64,000 nucleotides of DNA, from positions 44 to 64,043 of IMG/VR virus record IMGVR_UViG_3300037297_000231, one strand, 5' to 3'. Shown one piece after another: positions 40,461 through 50,145 of the stretch (position 1 is its first letter; each line of letters opens with the position of its first letter). A program made the translations under genes and the position numbers. Source of the DNA: a virus (taxonomy: Duplodnaviria; Caudoviricetes). A model generated the notes under the pieces. It did no database searches. It had not been told where the DNA came from and was given only the letters and a program-made list of their open reading frames with translations.

Positions 40461-40742
40461 GGAGAATAAACATGGTTCAATTTTTAATTTTTTCAGGGAT
40501 TTTTTTAATTTGTTTTATAGGTGGTTGTTTTGTAGGTTATAAATTTAAAGATAAAATAAAAGGATTTATATCAAAATTTAAATAATGAATATCCCTCTTT
40601 TATGAGGGTAAAGATATGAAAACCTTGAAAATTATCAGGGATTTATTTTTTACAACTATTATTCTTTTTGCTTGTATGGCAATATTATTCTTCAGGTTGA
40701 ACTTAACTGAAGAACAAACTGATGATATTATAAGGAAATATT

Positions 40743-41345
40743 TTGAGAAAAATAATATTAAGAAGTAGTATCGTAGTAATTATTATTATTTTTATTATTC
40801 TTGTTTATAGCCTCATTACAGGCAAAATACAACAATGTAAAGCCAGATATTTGTTGAAGGCTAATTCTCAATTGTTAATGGGGATTGATTATAAAAAACG
40901 TATTGAAAAAGCAATGGAAGAACGTCAAAAACAAGTTGAAATTATAAATGAAACTATAAAATTGATAGAAAATAAAGAACTTGCAAAGAAATTGCAAAAA
41001 CAGTTTAATGATTTAGAAAATAAAACAAATGAAATATTTCAAGAGAAAGATCATAGAATAACAGTACTTGAAAATCAACTTACAAAAACCAGTAAAATGC
41101 TAAATGAAATTAATAGGCCTTTCGGGTTTGGCATTTATGCAATGGGTGGGTTTACAGATATATTATCTTATAATACTTTTGAGGATATATCTTTTGATCT
41201 TGTTATTGGTATGGATGTAGCATTAAGTTTTTTTAACAATAGGATAATATTTTTGGTCGGTCCTTATATAAAGCCATTTGAGGATCTGGGAATTGGCGTA
41301 AAAGCCGAAATGATATTTATGTTTGGTAAAAGAAAAATTCTTTAA
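40743..41345 (+). CDS. Spanin-like membrane protein
   Basis: N-terminal TM, coiled coil, C-terminal amphipathic beta segment. Confidence 0.4.
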   Translation: MRKIILRSSIVVIIIIFIILVYSLITGKIQQCKARYLLKANSQLLMGIDYKKRIEKAMEERQKQVEIINETIKLIENKELAKKLQKQFNDLENKTNEIFQEKDHRITVLENQLTKTSKMLNEINRPFGFGIYAMGGFTDILSYNTFEDISFDLVIGMDVALSFFNNRIIFLVGPYIKPFEDLGIGVKAEMIFMFGKRKIL

Positions 41346-41411
41346 AAAAATGAGATAGTCACTTAAATGTCAAGTTATTGGCATTCATGTTTTTCATTTT
41401 TTATTTCTCCG

Positions 41412-41444
41412 AGCGTCTTTGTTAATTCAAGGACGCTTTTTTTT
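41412..41444 (+). terminator. Intrinsic terminator ending the late operon
   Basis: AGCGTCTTTG/CAAGGACGCT stem followed by a T-run. Confidence 0.8.
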
Positions 41445-41611
41445 ATCCCAGCTATCTTTTTAAAATGCTCTCAGCGTTAAATTTTAGGGGTCATTTTAAA
41501 CGAAATATATGTTTATATAGAATGAAAGGTAAAACAATATTTTGGACGCTTAGAATGTTCATTTTAAGCAAATTTATTTTTTATTAAAATTTTTAAAAAA
41601 TATTAAAAAAA

Positions 41612-41662
41612 TTGACAAAATATATAAAAAAACATTGACAAAATAAAAAAGTGTGTTATAAT
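41612..41662 (+). promoter_or_regulatory. Early promoter with tandem TTGACAAAATA
   Basis: TTGACA at 41612 and 41635; TG-extended TATAAT at 41657; AGGAGG RBS follows. Confidence 0.75.
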
Positions 41663-43285
41663 TAATAACAGTTAGGAGGTCGAAGATGCTAACAAGACAA
41701 CATATTGCAAAACGTTATATTGAACATCTTAAGGATGCTTTTTATAACAACTTACCTTTAAAATTCAAATTATTTATAAGTGATGAAATCAAAAATCCTG
41801 TTTTTTATGAAGTTGAAAAAGATAAAGTTCTATTAGATGATTTTATGTTTTTCGTAAGTGAAGGCATAAAAAAATTTAATTTAGGTGTAAAATAAGGAGG
41901 CTATTTATGTCAAACCAAACATTAAATCGTAAATGGGTTATTAAAGGGAAAGAGTTCGAAAAAGACGAGCTCATAGTAATATATGCACAAAGAAAAATGT
42001 ATGCACTTTAGGGAGTGCAAAATGAATGAAAAGAAATAAAGAATAATTTTGTAATTAAGGAGGATTGATTATGAAAACAATAGACATACTACATTGTAGT
42101 ATAGGGCATTTTAATTGGGCTAATAGTTCAGAAAAAAGTTTACATTTTAGTTTGGGTATAAAAGAAAATAATAAAATTATTGAAAGGGATGGGATCAAAT
42201 GTATTTTATACATTATTAAATATGATGATTTAGAATATTATAGAGATTATTTTCAGGAGCTAGTAACAACGGAAGAATATTTGGATTTGATAAATTTGGG
42301 GTTAGAATATGGCAATAGTGTTTTAAGTTCAACAGATTATATTGCGCAATGCTTTGCCTTTGCTGGGGAATATATTAATTCATTTGAAGAAATAGAAAAG
42401 AGCATGATAAAGCGGAATGAAGACGATTTGAAAAAAGAAATAAAACAATTAGAAGATAGGCTAGTGCAATTAAGAAAAACAAAAATATATTTTACTGACT
42501 TACGAGAAGATATAAAAGACGGCATAGAAGAAGGATTAAAAAAATATAAAAATTGGATTGAACTAAACAATGAAGAAATTAAACAATTAAAGAAAGATTC
42601 AGATAAAAGAAAGTTATTAGAGGATGATAACAAAAAATATAAAGATAAAATAAAAGGATATTTATCTTTATTAAATTAAGGAGGGTTATTATGAAAAAAA
42701 TGACTTTTACTGTTGGAGAAAAAGATTTTGAATTAAATGATCAAATGTCAGAAGTGGAAAAAACTCATATTTATGATGAAGCCATGAAAGAACATCCCCG
42801 AAATAAAAAAGATTATAAAGTAATTGATGTTGTAACAGAAGTCAAAAGAATACTTGTAAAAGATCAGAAGGTAAAAGAAAAAATAAAAAAACTTAAAAGA
42901 GAAATTTATGTTATGGACCAGGAAATAGTCGCATTAGAACATTTAATTGCAAAAAGAGATCAGTTAGTCGGTGAGTTGAAAAAACTTGAAGAAGATAAAT
43001 GTCTAATTGACGATAGACAACTTTCGGAATACGAAGGCAAAAGAACTTTAGGCGAAGGTTTGTTAAACCTGCCTTAAGTCATAGAGTCTTGTTAGTCCCT
43101 TGCACTCTTGAAAGAGAGTGCTTGGGAATAAGGAGAACATTTTTGTTTTTGCAGACTTTTAAAACTATTTGTTGGTATATTGAGCATGCCTTTGAAGGAC
43201 ATAATAAACATGATATTTTAACAATAATCGATAGACTTATTGATTATTTGAAAAATAAAAAAAAAGAAATAAGGAGAGATAAAAA

Positions 43286-44152
43286 ATGGACGAGCAAAAA
43301 AACATTGTTAAAGAAATGAATTTGCCACCCATACCAAAGAATCTTTGGGATATGTATAAAGAAAGATTAGATCTGTATAATAAGCAACGGCAAGAAATTC
43401 AAACTTTTATCAAAGACAATTTAAAAAAGGACTATGACTTTGGTAAAAGTTATGCAGATTCGAAAAGGGATACTCTTTTAAAACCAGGTGCGGAAAAAAT
43501 TGCCAGCTTAATTGAATGCCGTATTAAACTCTATCCGGATTATGATTCATGGAATATGTTAGGCAAAAAGCCTTCAGTTTGTTATGTTGGCTATTTAATT
43601 AATCAGGAATTATTGAAGATGATACTTCAATATTTAATGAAAGTTGGCATGCAATATGAGCAACAGGTGGTAAAATTATTTGCATGGGGAGAAGGTCGAG
43701 GTGCTTATGAATTTGACGAAAAAACTTATAGCACAACTAATAAACCACTTAAAGGAAGTGCAAATCGTGCGGTAAAAATGGCAGAGAAAAGATGTAAAAT
43801 CGATTTGATTATTGGAACATTAGGACTTGACTTTTCAAATGATGGTGAAGAATATGGTAAAGATGGGCAACTAAGGGGAGATCAAAAATATGAAGATGAT
43901 AAAAAGTCTAATATGGAAGATATAACCAAATTGCCTGAAGCAAATAAAGCTATCTATCAACAAATTATGATGGTCCTTAATAATAGGCATAATAAGGTCA
44001 GTTTATTTGAAGAAAAAGAAAAAGTTGATTATGTTAAAAATGCTAATATCATTAAAAATGATTTACCTAAATTACAAGACTTTCATGAAACTTTACATAG
44101 CCTGGCTATGCAGAGAATAAAAAAATTAGAAGATGGAGGACAAAATGAATAA
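43286..44152 (+). CDS. Putative single-strand annealing/recombination protein
   Basis: LLKPGAEKI and KMAEKR motifs; near an exonuclease gene. Confidence 0.5.
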   Translation: MDEQKNIVKEMNLPPIPKNLWDMYKERLDLYNKQRQEIQTFIKDNLKKDYDFGKSYADSKRDTLLKPGAEKIASLIECRIKLYPDYDSWNMLGKKPSVCYVGYLINQELLKMILQYLMKVGMQYEQQVVKLFAWGEGRGAYEFDEKTYSTTNKPLKGSANRAVKMAEKRCKIDLIIGTLGLDFSNDGEEYGKDGQLRGDQKYEDDKKSNMEDITKLPEANKAIYQQIMMVLNNRHNKVSLFEEKEKVDYVKNANIIKNDLPKLQDFHETLHSLAMQRIKKLEDGGQNE

Positions 44153-44578
44153 CATTAGATTTGATGATTTATTTAAAGAAATTAAAGAGGCTAAAGGAAA
44201 ATTAGATTGTTTGGAATCTATTGTAGAAAAAATAGAAAATTATACTACTGAGAATGAATTAAAATTCTCAGTGTATTTTTTGAGTAAAAGACAACTAGAA
44301 ATTTGTAGTCATAATCCAAAAAATTTGACAAAAATAAGAAAAATGCTGCGAGAAATCTTTGGAGAATGGAAAGATCACATTACTTATATTGGATCATATT
44401 TTGAAGGTGCTATAATTAAATATAGATCTAAAAGTATTGATATAAGGGATTTAATTGTTATCAGTGTTGTTTATTCTAAGATAGAAGATCTCCCTAAAAG
44501 CATTACAAAAGATGGTCAATGTGGTTTCCAGGAGGAAACATTTACAATTAAAAATTTTGTTTGTAAGGAGATAAAAAA

Positions 44579-45544
44579 ATGATAAAATGGTTTTTGCATC
44601 CGAAAACAAAAGAAAAATTATTAGTTAAAGATTGTCTTGATAAAGGCTTACTTTCTGATTTTTTTCCATTAGCTTATCTGCATATATGCGCTGAAGAAAG
44701 GGAATGGAAAGGAAAGGCGTCTACCACACAGTTATTAGATGGCTCAAGAATGAGTTATTTAAAATTATTGACTCCTTATGCAATCGATCCAAATGATTCA
44801 GCTTTTAGAGTTCTTGGTACTAAGAGTCATGCAAAATTAGAAAAATTAACTCCCAAGAAATCATTTACAGAATTGAGTATTCCTGAAACCGATATATCAG
44901 GTATTGCAGATCTGTTGGAACAACAATCTAACGGCGAATGGTGGTTGACAGATTATAAAACATCGGGGGCATATGTGGTAAGAAAGGCTTTGGGACTTGT
45001 TAAAAAGAAAAGACCGGCTTTTGATGAAAACGGCAATCCGATTTTATATGTTAAAGGCGGTAAATGGGGAAAAGTCGGTGATCAAAAGTTAGAAGACTAC
45101 TGGGAAGTAGACGAGAATCAGAAAGACATTAAGAATTATAAATTACAACTTAATAAATATCGAAAAGAGATAGAGGAATATTTCGGTATAATTATTTCAG
45201 GACTAAAGATATTCTTTATCGTTAGGGACGGTGGCATCAAAGCTTCTCTTGATAACGGCATTAGCCAAAAGACTTATTTTATTGACATCTCTTTTATGGA
45301 TAACGAGGAAGTTGACAAATATTTTAATACGAAAAACGACTTATTATTAAAAGCATTAGATAATTATAATAATGCTGAAGAGGAAATTAACCCTGAGCTT
45401 GAATATAAAGAAAAAGCTTTATTTAAATTCATGCCGGATCCATGCAACGCTGAAGAATCATGGCAAGGCAGACGATGTAATGGTTATTGTCCAGTATCAG
45501 AAGTTTGTCAGAAAACCGGGTGTCCATATTTGAAGGGGGATTAA
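44579..45544 (+). CDS. PD-(D/E)XK Cas4-like exonuclease
   Basis: G...H..LE, SG.ADL, DYKT, QLN.Y, C-terminal Cys cluster (RC.GYCPV..VC). Confidence 0.8.
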   Translation: MIKWFLHPKTKEKLLVKDCLDKGLLSDFFPLAYLHICAEEREWKGKASTTQLLDGSRMSYLKLLTPYAIDPNDSAFRVLGTKSHAKLEKLTPKKSFTELSIPETDISGIADLLEQQSNGEWWLTDYKTSGAYVVRKALGLVKKKRPAFDENGNPILYVKGGKWGKVGDQKLEDYWEVDENQKDIKNYKLQLNKYRKEIEEYFGIIISGLKIFFIVRDGGIKASLDNGISQKTYFIDISFMDNEEVDKYFNTKNDLLLKALDNYNNAEEEINPELEYKEKALFKFMPDPCNAEESWQGRRCNGYCPVSEVCQKTGCPYLKGD

Positions 45545-45546
45545 TT

Positions 45547-46221
45547 ATGAACATAAACGAAGCCTTAAATTGTGATGTTATTGCCGAAACTGAAAAGATT
45601 TTTAATAAATCATGGAAAGATTTTAACGAATTAGAACAAGCTGTTTGTATTTTAAATGCAAGTAGATTAAGTAATGAGAAAAAAGAAATTTTAAAAAATG
45701 CAGCAGATACTTATCATTCTATGAAATGGAAAGATTTTAAGGAATTGTTATTTTCAAATGGTTTTGTAAGAGCTTATTCGTATAAATTTAATAGTGAAGA
45801 CAGAAAAGAAGAGGCTATTATCTTATATAAAAAAGAAAAAGGATTAATTGTTTTTGCGACTTCTTTTTGGAATATGGATGTTGTTAATGATGGTCATCTA
45901 TATGGAGAGATAAAGGAAAAATATAAAAAAGTTCATGGAAATTTGTTTAGGCATATATCAACCGGTGGATGTATAGATTCAGAAAAAAGGATTTACTCAA
46001 CTCAACAAGATGTAAGAGAGGGCTTGTTTTATAAATTAGCGATGTTAGAATGTTATGGAGATTTCTTGCCCTATTGGATTGAGAAAAATAAATTTTTATG
46101 GTTTTTAGATTACACAGAAACAGAAGACGATAAATACGATTATAAAAAAATAACAAAAAGAAAAATTGATAAATGTCCTCAAGAATTTAAAGATATAATT
46201 TATAAAAATAAGGGGGATTAA
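45547..46221 (+). CDS. Hypothetical protein
   Basis: ORF with GGGGG RBS. Confidence 0.6.
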   Translation: MNINEALNCDVIAETEKIFNKSWKDFNELEQAVCILNASRLSNEKKEILKNAADTYHSMKWKDFKELLFSNGFVRAYSYKFNSEDRKEEAIILYKKEKGLIVFATSFWNMDVVNDGHLYGEIKEKYKKVHGNLFRHISTGGCIDSEKRIYSTQQDVREGLFYKLAMLECYGDFLPYWIEKNKFLWFLDYTETEDDKYDYKKITKRKIDKCPQEFKDIIYKNKGD

Positions 46222-46565
46222 ATTATATTCAAAGGAGTAATATCATGATAGACTTAAAAACATTAACTGATAATGATGTGGGTAAATTTGTTTTATATAA
46301 AACTCCTTTCAAAAGGGAAAGGGGAAGAATTAAATCATGGAATGATAAATGGGTATTTGTCGTCTATAAATGCGGAGGTGAATGGCATAATTATAAAAGC
46401 TATACCGCAGCTGCAACAGACCCTAAAGATCTATCTTTTTTATAGGAGGCATGTTATGAAAGATAAAAATAAAATATTATTGTTTATTTTTTTATCATCA
46501 GTAATATATTATATTTTTGGTGTCGTCACTGGTTTTATTTGTGCCTGGATAATTTTGGGGGCATT

Positions 46566-47531
46566 ATGGCATTAATTAAATTTGTTGCAAATTGGTCGAA
46601 GGACTGGCAATCCAATATACCAAAAGGATATTTACTATTAAAACCAAAAGAAAGCTACTATAAAAAGATGGCTATTGTATTAAATAAATTAGACCAGATA
46701 CAGAATAAAAAAGAAGAATTAAAAGATATCGATGTTTCAATAGAAATACATTATAAAAAACGAACACTTGATCAAAATAATCTTATGTGGGCATTATACG
46801 AGATAGAATCAAATGAGCTAAATGCTGGTATGAAAGGGAGTAAGGAGCATATGTTTACCAGTCAGGAACTTTACGAAAATGATCTAGAAAGTGAAGCACC
46901 TAGGTTTGAAATGAGAATTAAAAGTGAGCTTCTTAATATGTTTAAGTCGGAATATAGAGTAATAGATGTCAAGGATTATAAAGAAGGCGAAAAAATAATT
47001 ACGTGTATTTTAACTACCAGTAAGTTTAATACAAAACAAATGGCAGAATGGGTTGATATGATATTTAACCGGATGTCAGTCAATGGTGTTACAGTTACAA
47101 ATCCAGGTGAAATACATGATTATTGGCTAAAGTGGAAACAATCATTAAATGATAATAAGATTATATTACATGATGATGTTCTTACAGGGGCAGAATATAA
47201 ATCATTAAATCCTATTTGTGAAGCTACTGGCGATTTTATAGGTGATGGATCTGGACAACTGTGTCATATTAAGGCACGTGGCATGGGTGGCAATCCTGAA
47301 GAAGAAAAAGACTATGCATCTAATTGGTTGCACTTGACTAATGAAGCTCATATTGAAACACAACACCAAAAGGGTTGGCAGCATTTTTTAAAGATTTATC
47401 CACATTTACGCTATAAAGTTGAAACAGCTTTAAGACGTGAATATCCAGAGATTAAAGATGATAACAAGACTATTGATACAATAAAAAACATGTTTGAAGG
47501 TGAAGAAGTTAAGGAGGAAGTTAATGGATAA
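46566..47531 (+). CDS. NinB-like / HNH-type putative nuclease
   Basis: RTLDQN..MWAL, TS.FNTKQM..W.D (NinB-like), C-terminal H..ARGMGG...H....H. Confidence 0.6.
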   Translation: MALIKFVANWSKDWQSNIPKGYLLLKPKESYYKKMAIVLNKLDQIQNKKEELKDIDVSIEIHYKKRTLDQNNLMWALYEIESNELNAGMKGSKEHMFTSQELYENDLESEAPRFEMRIKSELLNMFKSEYRVIDVKDYKEGEKIITCILTTSKFNTKQMAEWVDMIFNRMSVNGVTVTNPGEIHDYWLKWKQSLNDNKIILHDDVLTGAEYKSLNPICEATGDFIGDGSGQLCHIKARGMGGNPEEEKDYASNWLHLTNEAHIETQHQKGWQHFLKIYPHLRYKVETALRREYPEIKDDNKTIDTIKNMFEGEEVKEEVNG

Positions 47532-48347
47532 TAATATAAATCAACCTAGAGGTATTTTATTACGAAAAAAACCTTATGTCATTTCTCAGGACGGCATAAG
47601 GGGAAAGAAAGTTCACATAAATGAAATGTCGGGTTTCGAAATTGGAGATAAAGTTTTCCAGATCAGGCGTGATGATGGGATTCTAATGTTGGTCCCTGAA
47701 GATATTTATAACGAATCATAAGGAGGTATTTTATGCCAACAGCATATACAAATTTTATTAAAGATAAGAATTGTACTTTTCAGAAATTTGCTCTATTATG
47801 TGCTAGAAATTTTGGTGCAACTATTTCAATGAGGGATGAAAGTCTTTCGTCCCCAATTCCAGATAAATTTGAACCATCTTCATATCACAAAGATAGAATT
47901 AAGGAGATAGAAAAATCAATAAAAAATTTAAAGAATACATCTAATAGAGAACTTCAAAAAGAAATAGATCAAGAATATGAAAATGCTACTAAATATAATA
48001 AAAAAATTATAGAAAAATGTTTAAAATTAAAAAAAAGATATGAAAATATGTTAAAGCAAGTTGAAAAATGGAATCCGCCATCCAAAAACCATCAGGGATT
48101 AAAAGATTTTATGATTCAACAAATAACTAGCTCTATCGAATTTGATTGTGATATATCTTATTATGAAAATAACATCCCAATAAAACTACCATTAGATTTA
48201 TATAAGAATAAAAAATTCAAAGAACTTGAGAAAGATTATAAATATCATATGTTAAAATGGGAAGAAGAAATTAAGCGTGTTAATGATAGAAATTATTGGA
48301 TTTTTCAATTAAAAGAGAGTTTAGGTATAAAAAATTTAAAAAAATAG

Positions 48348-48377
48348 TTGACAAATATTCAACGGTTTTAGTATGAT
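48348..48377 (+). promoter_or_regulatory. Promoter of the tRNA cluster
   Basis: TTGACA-18-TATGAT directly before tRNA-Met. Confidence 0.65.
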
Positions 48378-48383
48378 GTCATT

Positions 48384-48456
48384 TGTAGGTGAGTGAAACG
48401 GTTTACACGCTAGTCTCATAAGCTAGAAATATTGGGTTCGACTCCCATACCCGCAA
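48384..48456 (+). tRNA. tRNA-Met (CAT)
   Basis: Anticodon arm CTAGT-CTCATAA-GCTAG, T-arm TGGG-TTCGACT-CCCA; one acceptor mismatch; no encoded CCA. Confidence 0.8.
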
Positions 48457-48461
48457 ATAAA

Positions 48462-48542
48462 GATCGGCAGGATAAGGCTTTTATTAATTTGTGTGTAAGT
48501 TTTCTGCCGATCACTTATACCTTTTTGATAAAAGCCTTTTTT
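48462..48542 (+). ncRNA. Leader RNA element E2 between tRNAs
   Basis: GATCGGCAG 48462-48470 is complementary to CTGCCGATC 48504-48512 in the loop of hairpin 48474-48538, followed by a T-run. Confidence 0.7.
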
Positions 48543-48544
48543 AT

Positions 48545-48617
48545 GCTCGAGTAATCCAACGGCAGAGATAGTGGACTTAAAATCCATCAAGTGTGAGTTC
48601 GAATCTCACCTCGAGTA
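48545..48617 (+). tRNA. tRNA-Leu (TAA), short variable loop
   Basis: GCTCGAG/CTCGAGT acceptor, GTGGA-CTTAAAA-TCCAT, GTGAG-TTCGAAT-CTCAC. Confidence 0.88.
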
Positions 48618-48619
48618 AT

Positions 48620-48693
48620 GGCTCTCTGGGCTAACTGGCAAAGCCGTGAGTTTTAGAAATTCATGAATCTCAGTTCGAATCTGAGGGGGGCTA
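48620..48693 (+). tRNA. tRNA-Leu (TAG), short variable loop
   Basis: GGCTCTC/GGGGGCT acceptor, TGAGT-TTTAGAA-ATTCA, CTCAG-TTCGAAT-CTGAG. Confidence 0.85.
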
Positions 48694-48710
48694 ATTTATT
48701 TTAAGGAGAA

Positions 48711-49142
48711 ATGATGCAGATATTTTGTCCAAATAAAAATACTATATATATTGCGGATATACTTGATAAAAAAAGGAGGAATAAACAAATATTAGAAATA
48801 TGTCAATTATTATCAACTATATTAAATATAGATATAGGCTGGAAAATACCTAAATACATTAAAAACCATCCTACAACTAAATTATATAATAGTAGCGAAG
48901 GTATTATGTATTTAGTTGATTTTTTATTTTATTTATTATATGCATATAAAAAAAATAATAAAAAATATAGAAGTCATAAATGTGAAAAAATATTTATAAA
49001 ATATTTTAATAAATATCATGTATTATTCATATCTTTTGAAAATGATTGGAGACCTAAACATTTAAATAATAATTTTTATAAAAAACATCAACAACTATTA
49101 CTAGAAAAAGATTACGAATATTACAGTAAATATTTTTGTTGA
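48711..49142 (+). CDS. Pyrimidine-dimer DNA glycosylase (DenV/endonuclease V-like)
   Basis: MQIF.P....A..LD.KR..KQ.LE..Q, HP, H...LL.KD..YY motifs. Confidence 0.75.
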   Translation: MMQIFCPNKNTIYIADILDKKRRNKQILEICQLLSTILNIDIGWKIPKYIKNHPTTKLYNSSEGIMYLVDFLFYLLYAYKKNNKKYRSHKCEKIFIKYFNKYHVLFISFENDWRPKHLNNNFYKKHQQLLLEKDYEYYSKYFC

Positions 49143-49256
49143 CAAATTGAAAAAATATTATAATATGTTTGGTATCGGACAGAATGAAAAGCCTCTTATT
49201 AGGGGGTGTTAGGTCTCTGTCCGAGCCTTTCATCTCTCTAATAAGGGGCTTTTTTT
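49139..49256 (+). ncRNA. Leader RNA element E3 with promoter, upstream of the replication initiator
   Basis: TTGACA promoter; TCGGACAGA 49175-49183 is complementary to TCTGTCCGA 49216-49224 in the loop of hairpin 49187-49253, followed by a T-run. Confidence 0.72.
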
Positions 49257-49275
49257 ATTTTTAAGGAGTTAAAAA

Positions 49276-50145
49276 GTGGAAGTAAATAAACAAACTGAAT
49301 TTCAGAAAACAAATAATGAAACATTCAAAATTGAGACTTATGAGCCAATTAAACAAGAAATAGATCAATTTGATTTTTTAGAGAATCAATTAGTTATATT
49401 AAGTAAGGAAACAATAGAAAAGTTTTTACAATATAGCAATGCTTCAGATTTGATAGGTCTTTATACTTTTTATTATTATACTGCAAAATGGCAAAAAACA
49501 AATCAACCTAAATGTACGGATACTTATTGTGTGAAAGGCTTAAAATGGAGTAAAACAAAATTTTATAAAGCAAAAAAAATTTTAAAAGATATAGGTCTTA
49601 TACAAAATATTAAACGGATAAATAAAGAAAATAAAGTTGTTGGTTGGTATGTAAGAATTAATTATATATGGTCAAAAAATAAAACAGATATTATCCAGAG
49701 TCCCAAAATCAAGACAGTGGAAAATCAAGACAGTGGAAAATTAGACACAAATGCTTTAAGTGTTAATACTATAAATGCTTTAAGTGTTAATAAAAAAACA
49801 ATTAAAAATAATTATAATGATTATAAAATTATTTATAATAATGTTTTATTAAAAATTTATACACAAGAACAAATAAATAACTTGATATATAAATCAAATA
49901 AACAACTTAAACAGCTATCTTTATTGTTAAATAAATTTAAATCTATTGAAGAATGTAAATTATTTTTTTATATTGCATTTAAAAATAAATGGTTAAAAGA
50001 TAATGGTTTTTTACCTGCTTTAATAAATGGGAGTTATGATAACATAAAAGCACAACAAATTTTAAATAAAAAAAATATCAATAGTTATGAAAAAGTTATT
50101 ATCCCTGACGAAGTTAAAAAATCATTCCAGGAGTCATGGCTTTGA
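49276..50145 (+). CDS. Replication initiator protein (lambda O-like organisation)
   Basis: N-terminal HTH-like region, central iteron repeats, directly upstream of DnaB. Confidence 0.7.
   Translation: MEVNKQTEFQKTNNETFKIETYEPIKQEIDQFDFLENQLVILSKETIEKFLQYSNASDLIGLYTFYYYTAKWQKTNQPKCTDTYCVKGLKWSKTKFYKAKKILKDIGLIQNIKRINKENKVVGWYVRINYIWSKNKTDIIQSPKIKTVENQDSGKLDTNALSVNTINALSVNKKTIKNNYNDYKIIYNNVLLKIYTQEQINNLIYKSNKQLKQLSLLLNKFKSIEECKLFFYIAFKNKWLKDNGFLPALINGSYDNIKAQQILNKKNINSYEKVIIPDEVKKSFQESWL
49705..49792 (+). repeat. Iteron-like repeats / putative replication origin
   Basis: AAAATCAAGACAGTGG x2 plus a partial third; AAATGCTTTAAGTGTTAATA x2 (24-nt period); AT-rich tract follows. Confidence 0.7.

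Noticed and set aside
43096-43130. Hairpin GCACTCT/AGAGTGC as a fifth leader element
   Set aside because: Lacks the 5' segment complementary to the loop and has no U-run.
44579-45544. Cas4 as part of the RAMP system
   Set aside because: It is 30 kb away in a recombination module; Cas4-like exonucleases are common in phages.
48620-48693. Amber suppressor tRNA / stop-codon recoding
   Set aside because: The anticodon is TAG (reads Leu CUA), not CTA; genes are intact in code 11.
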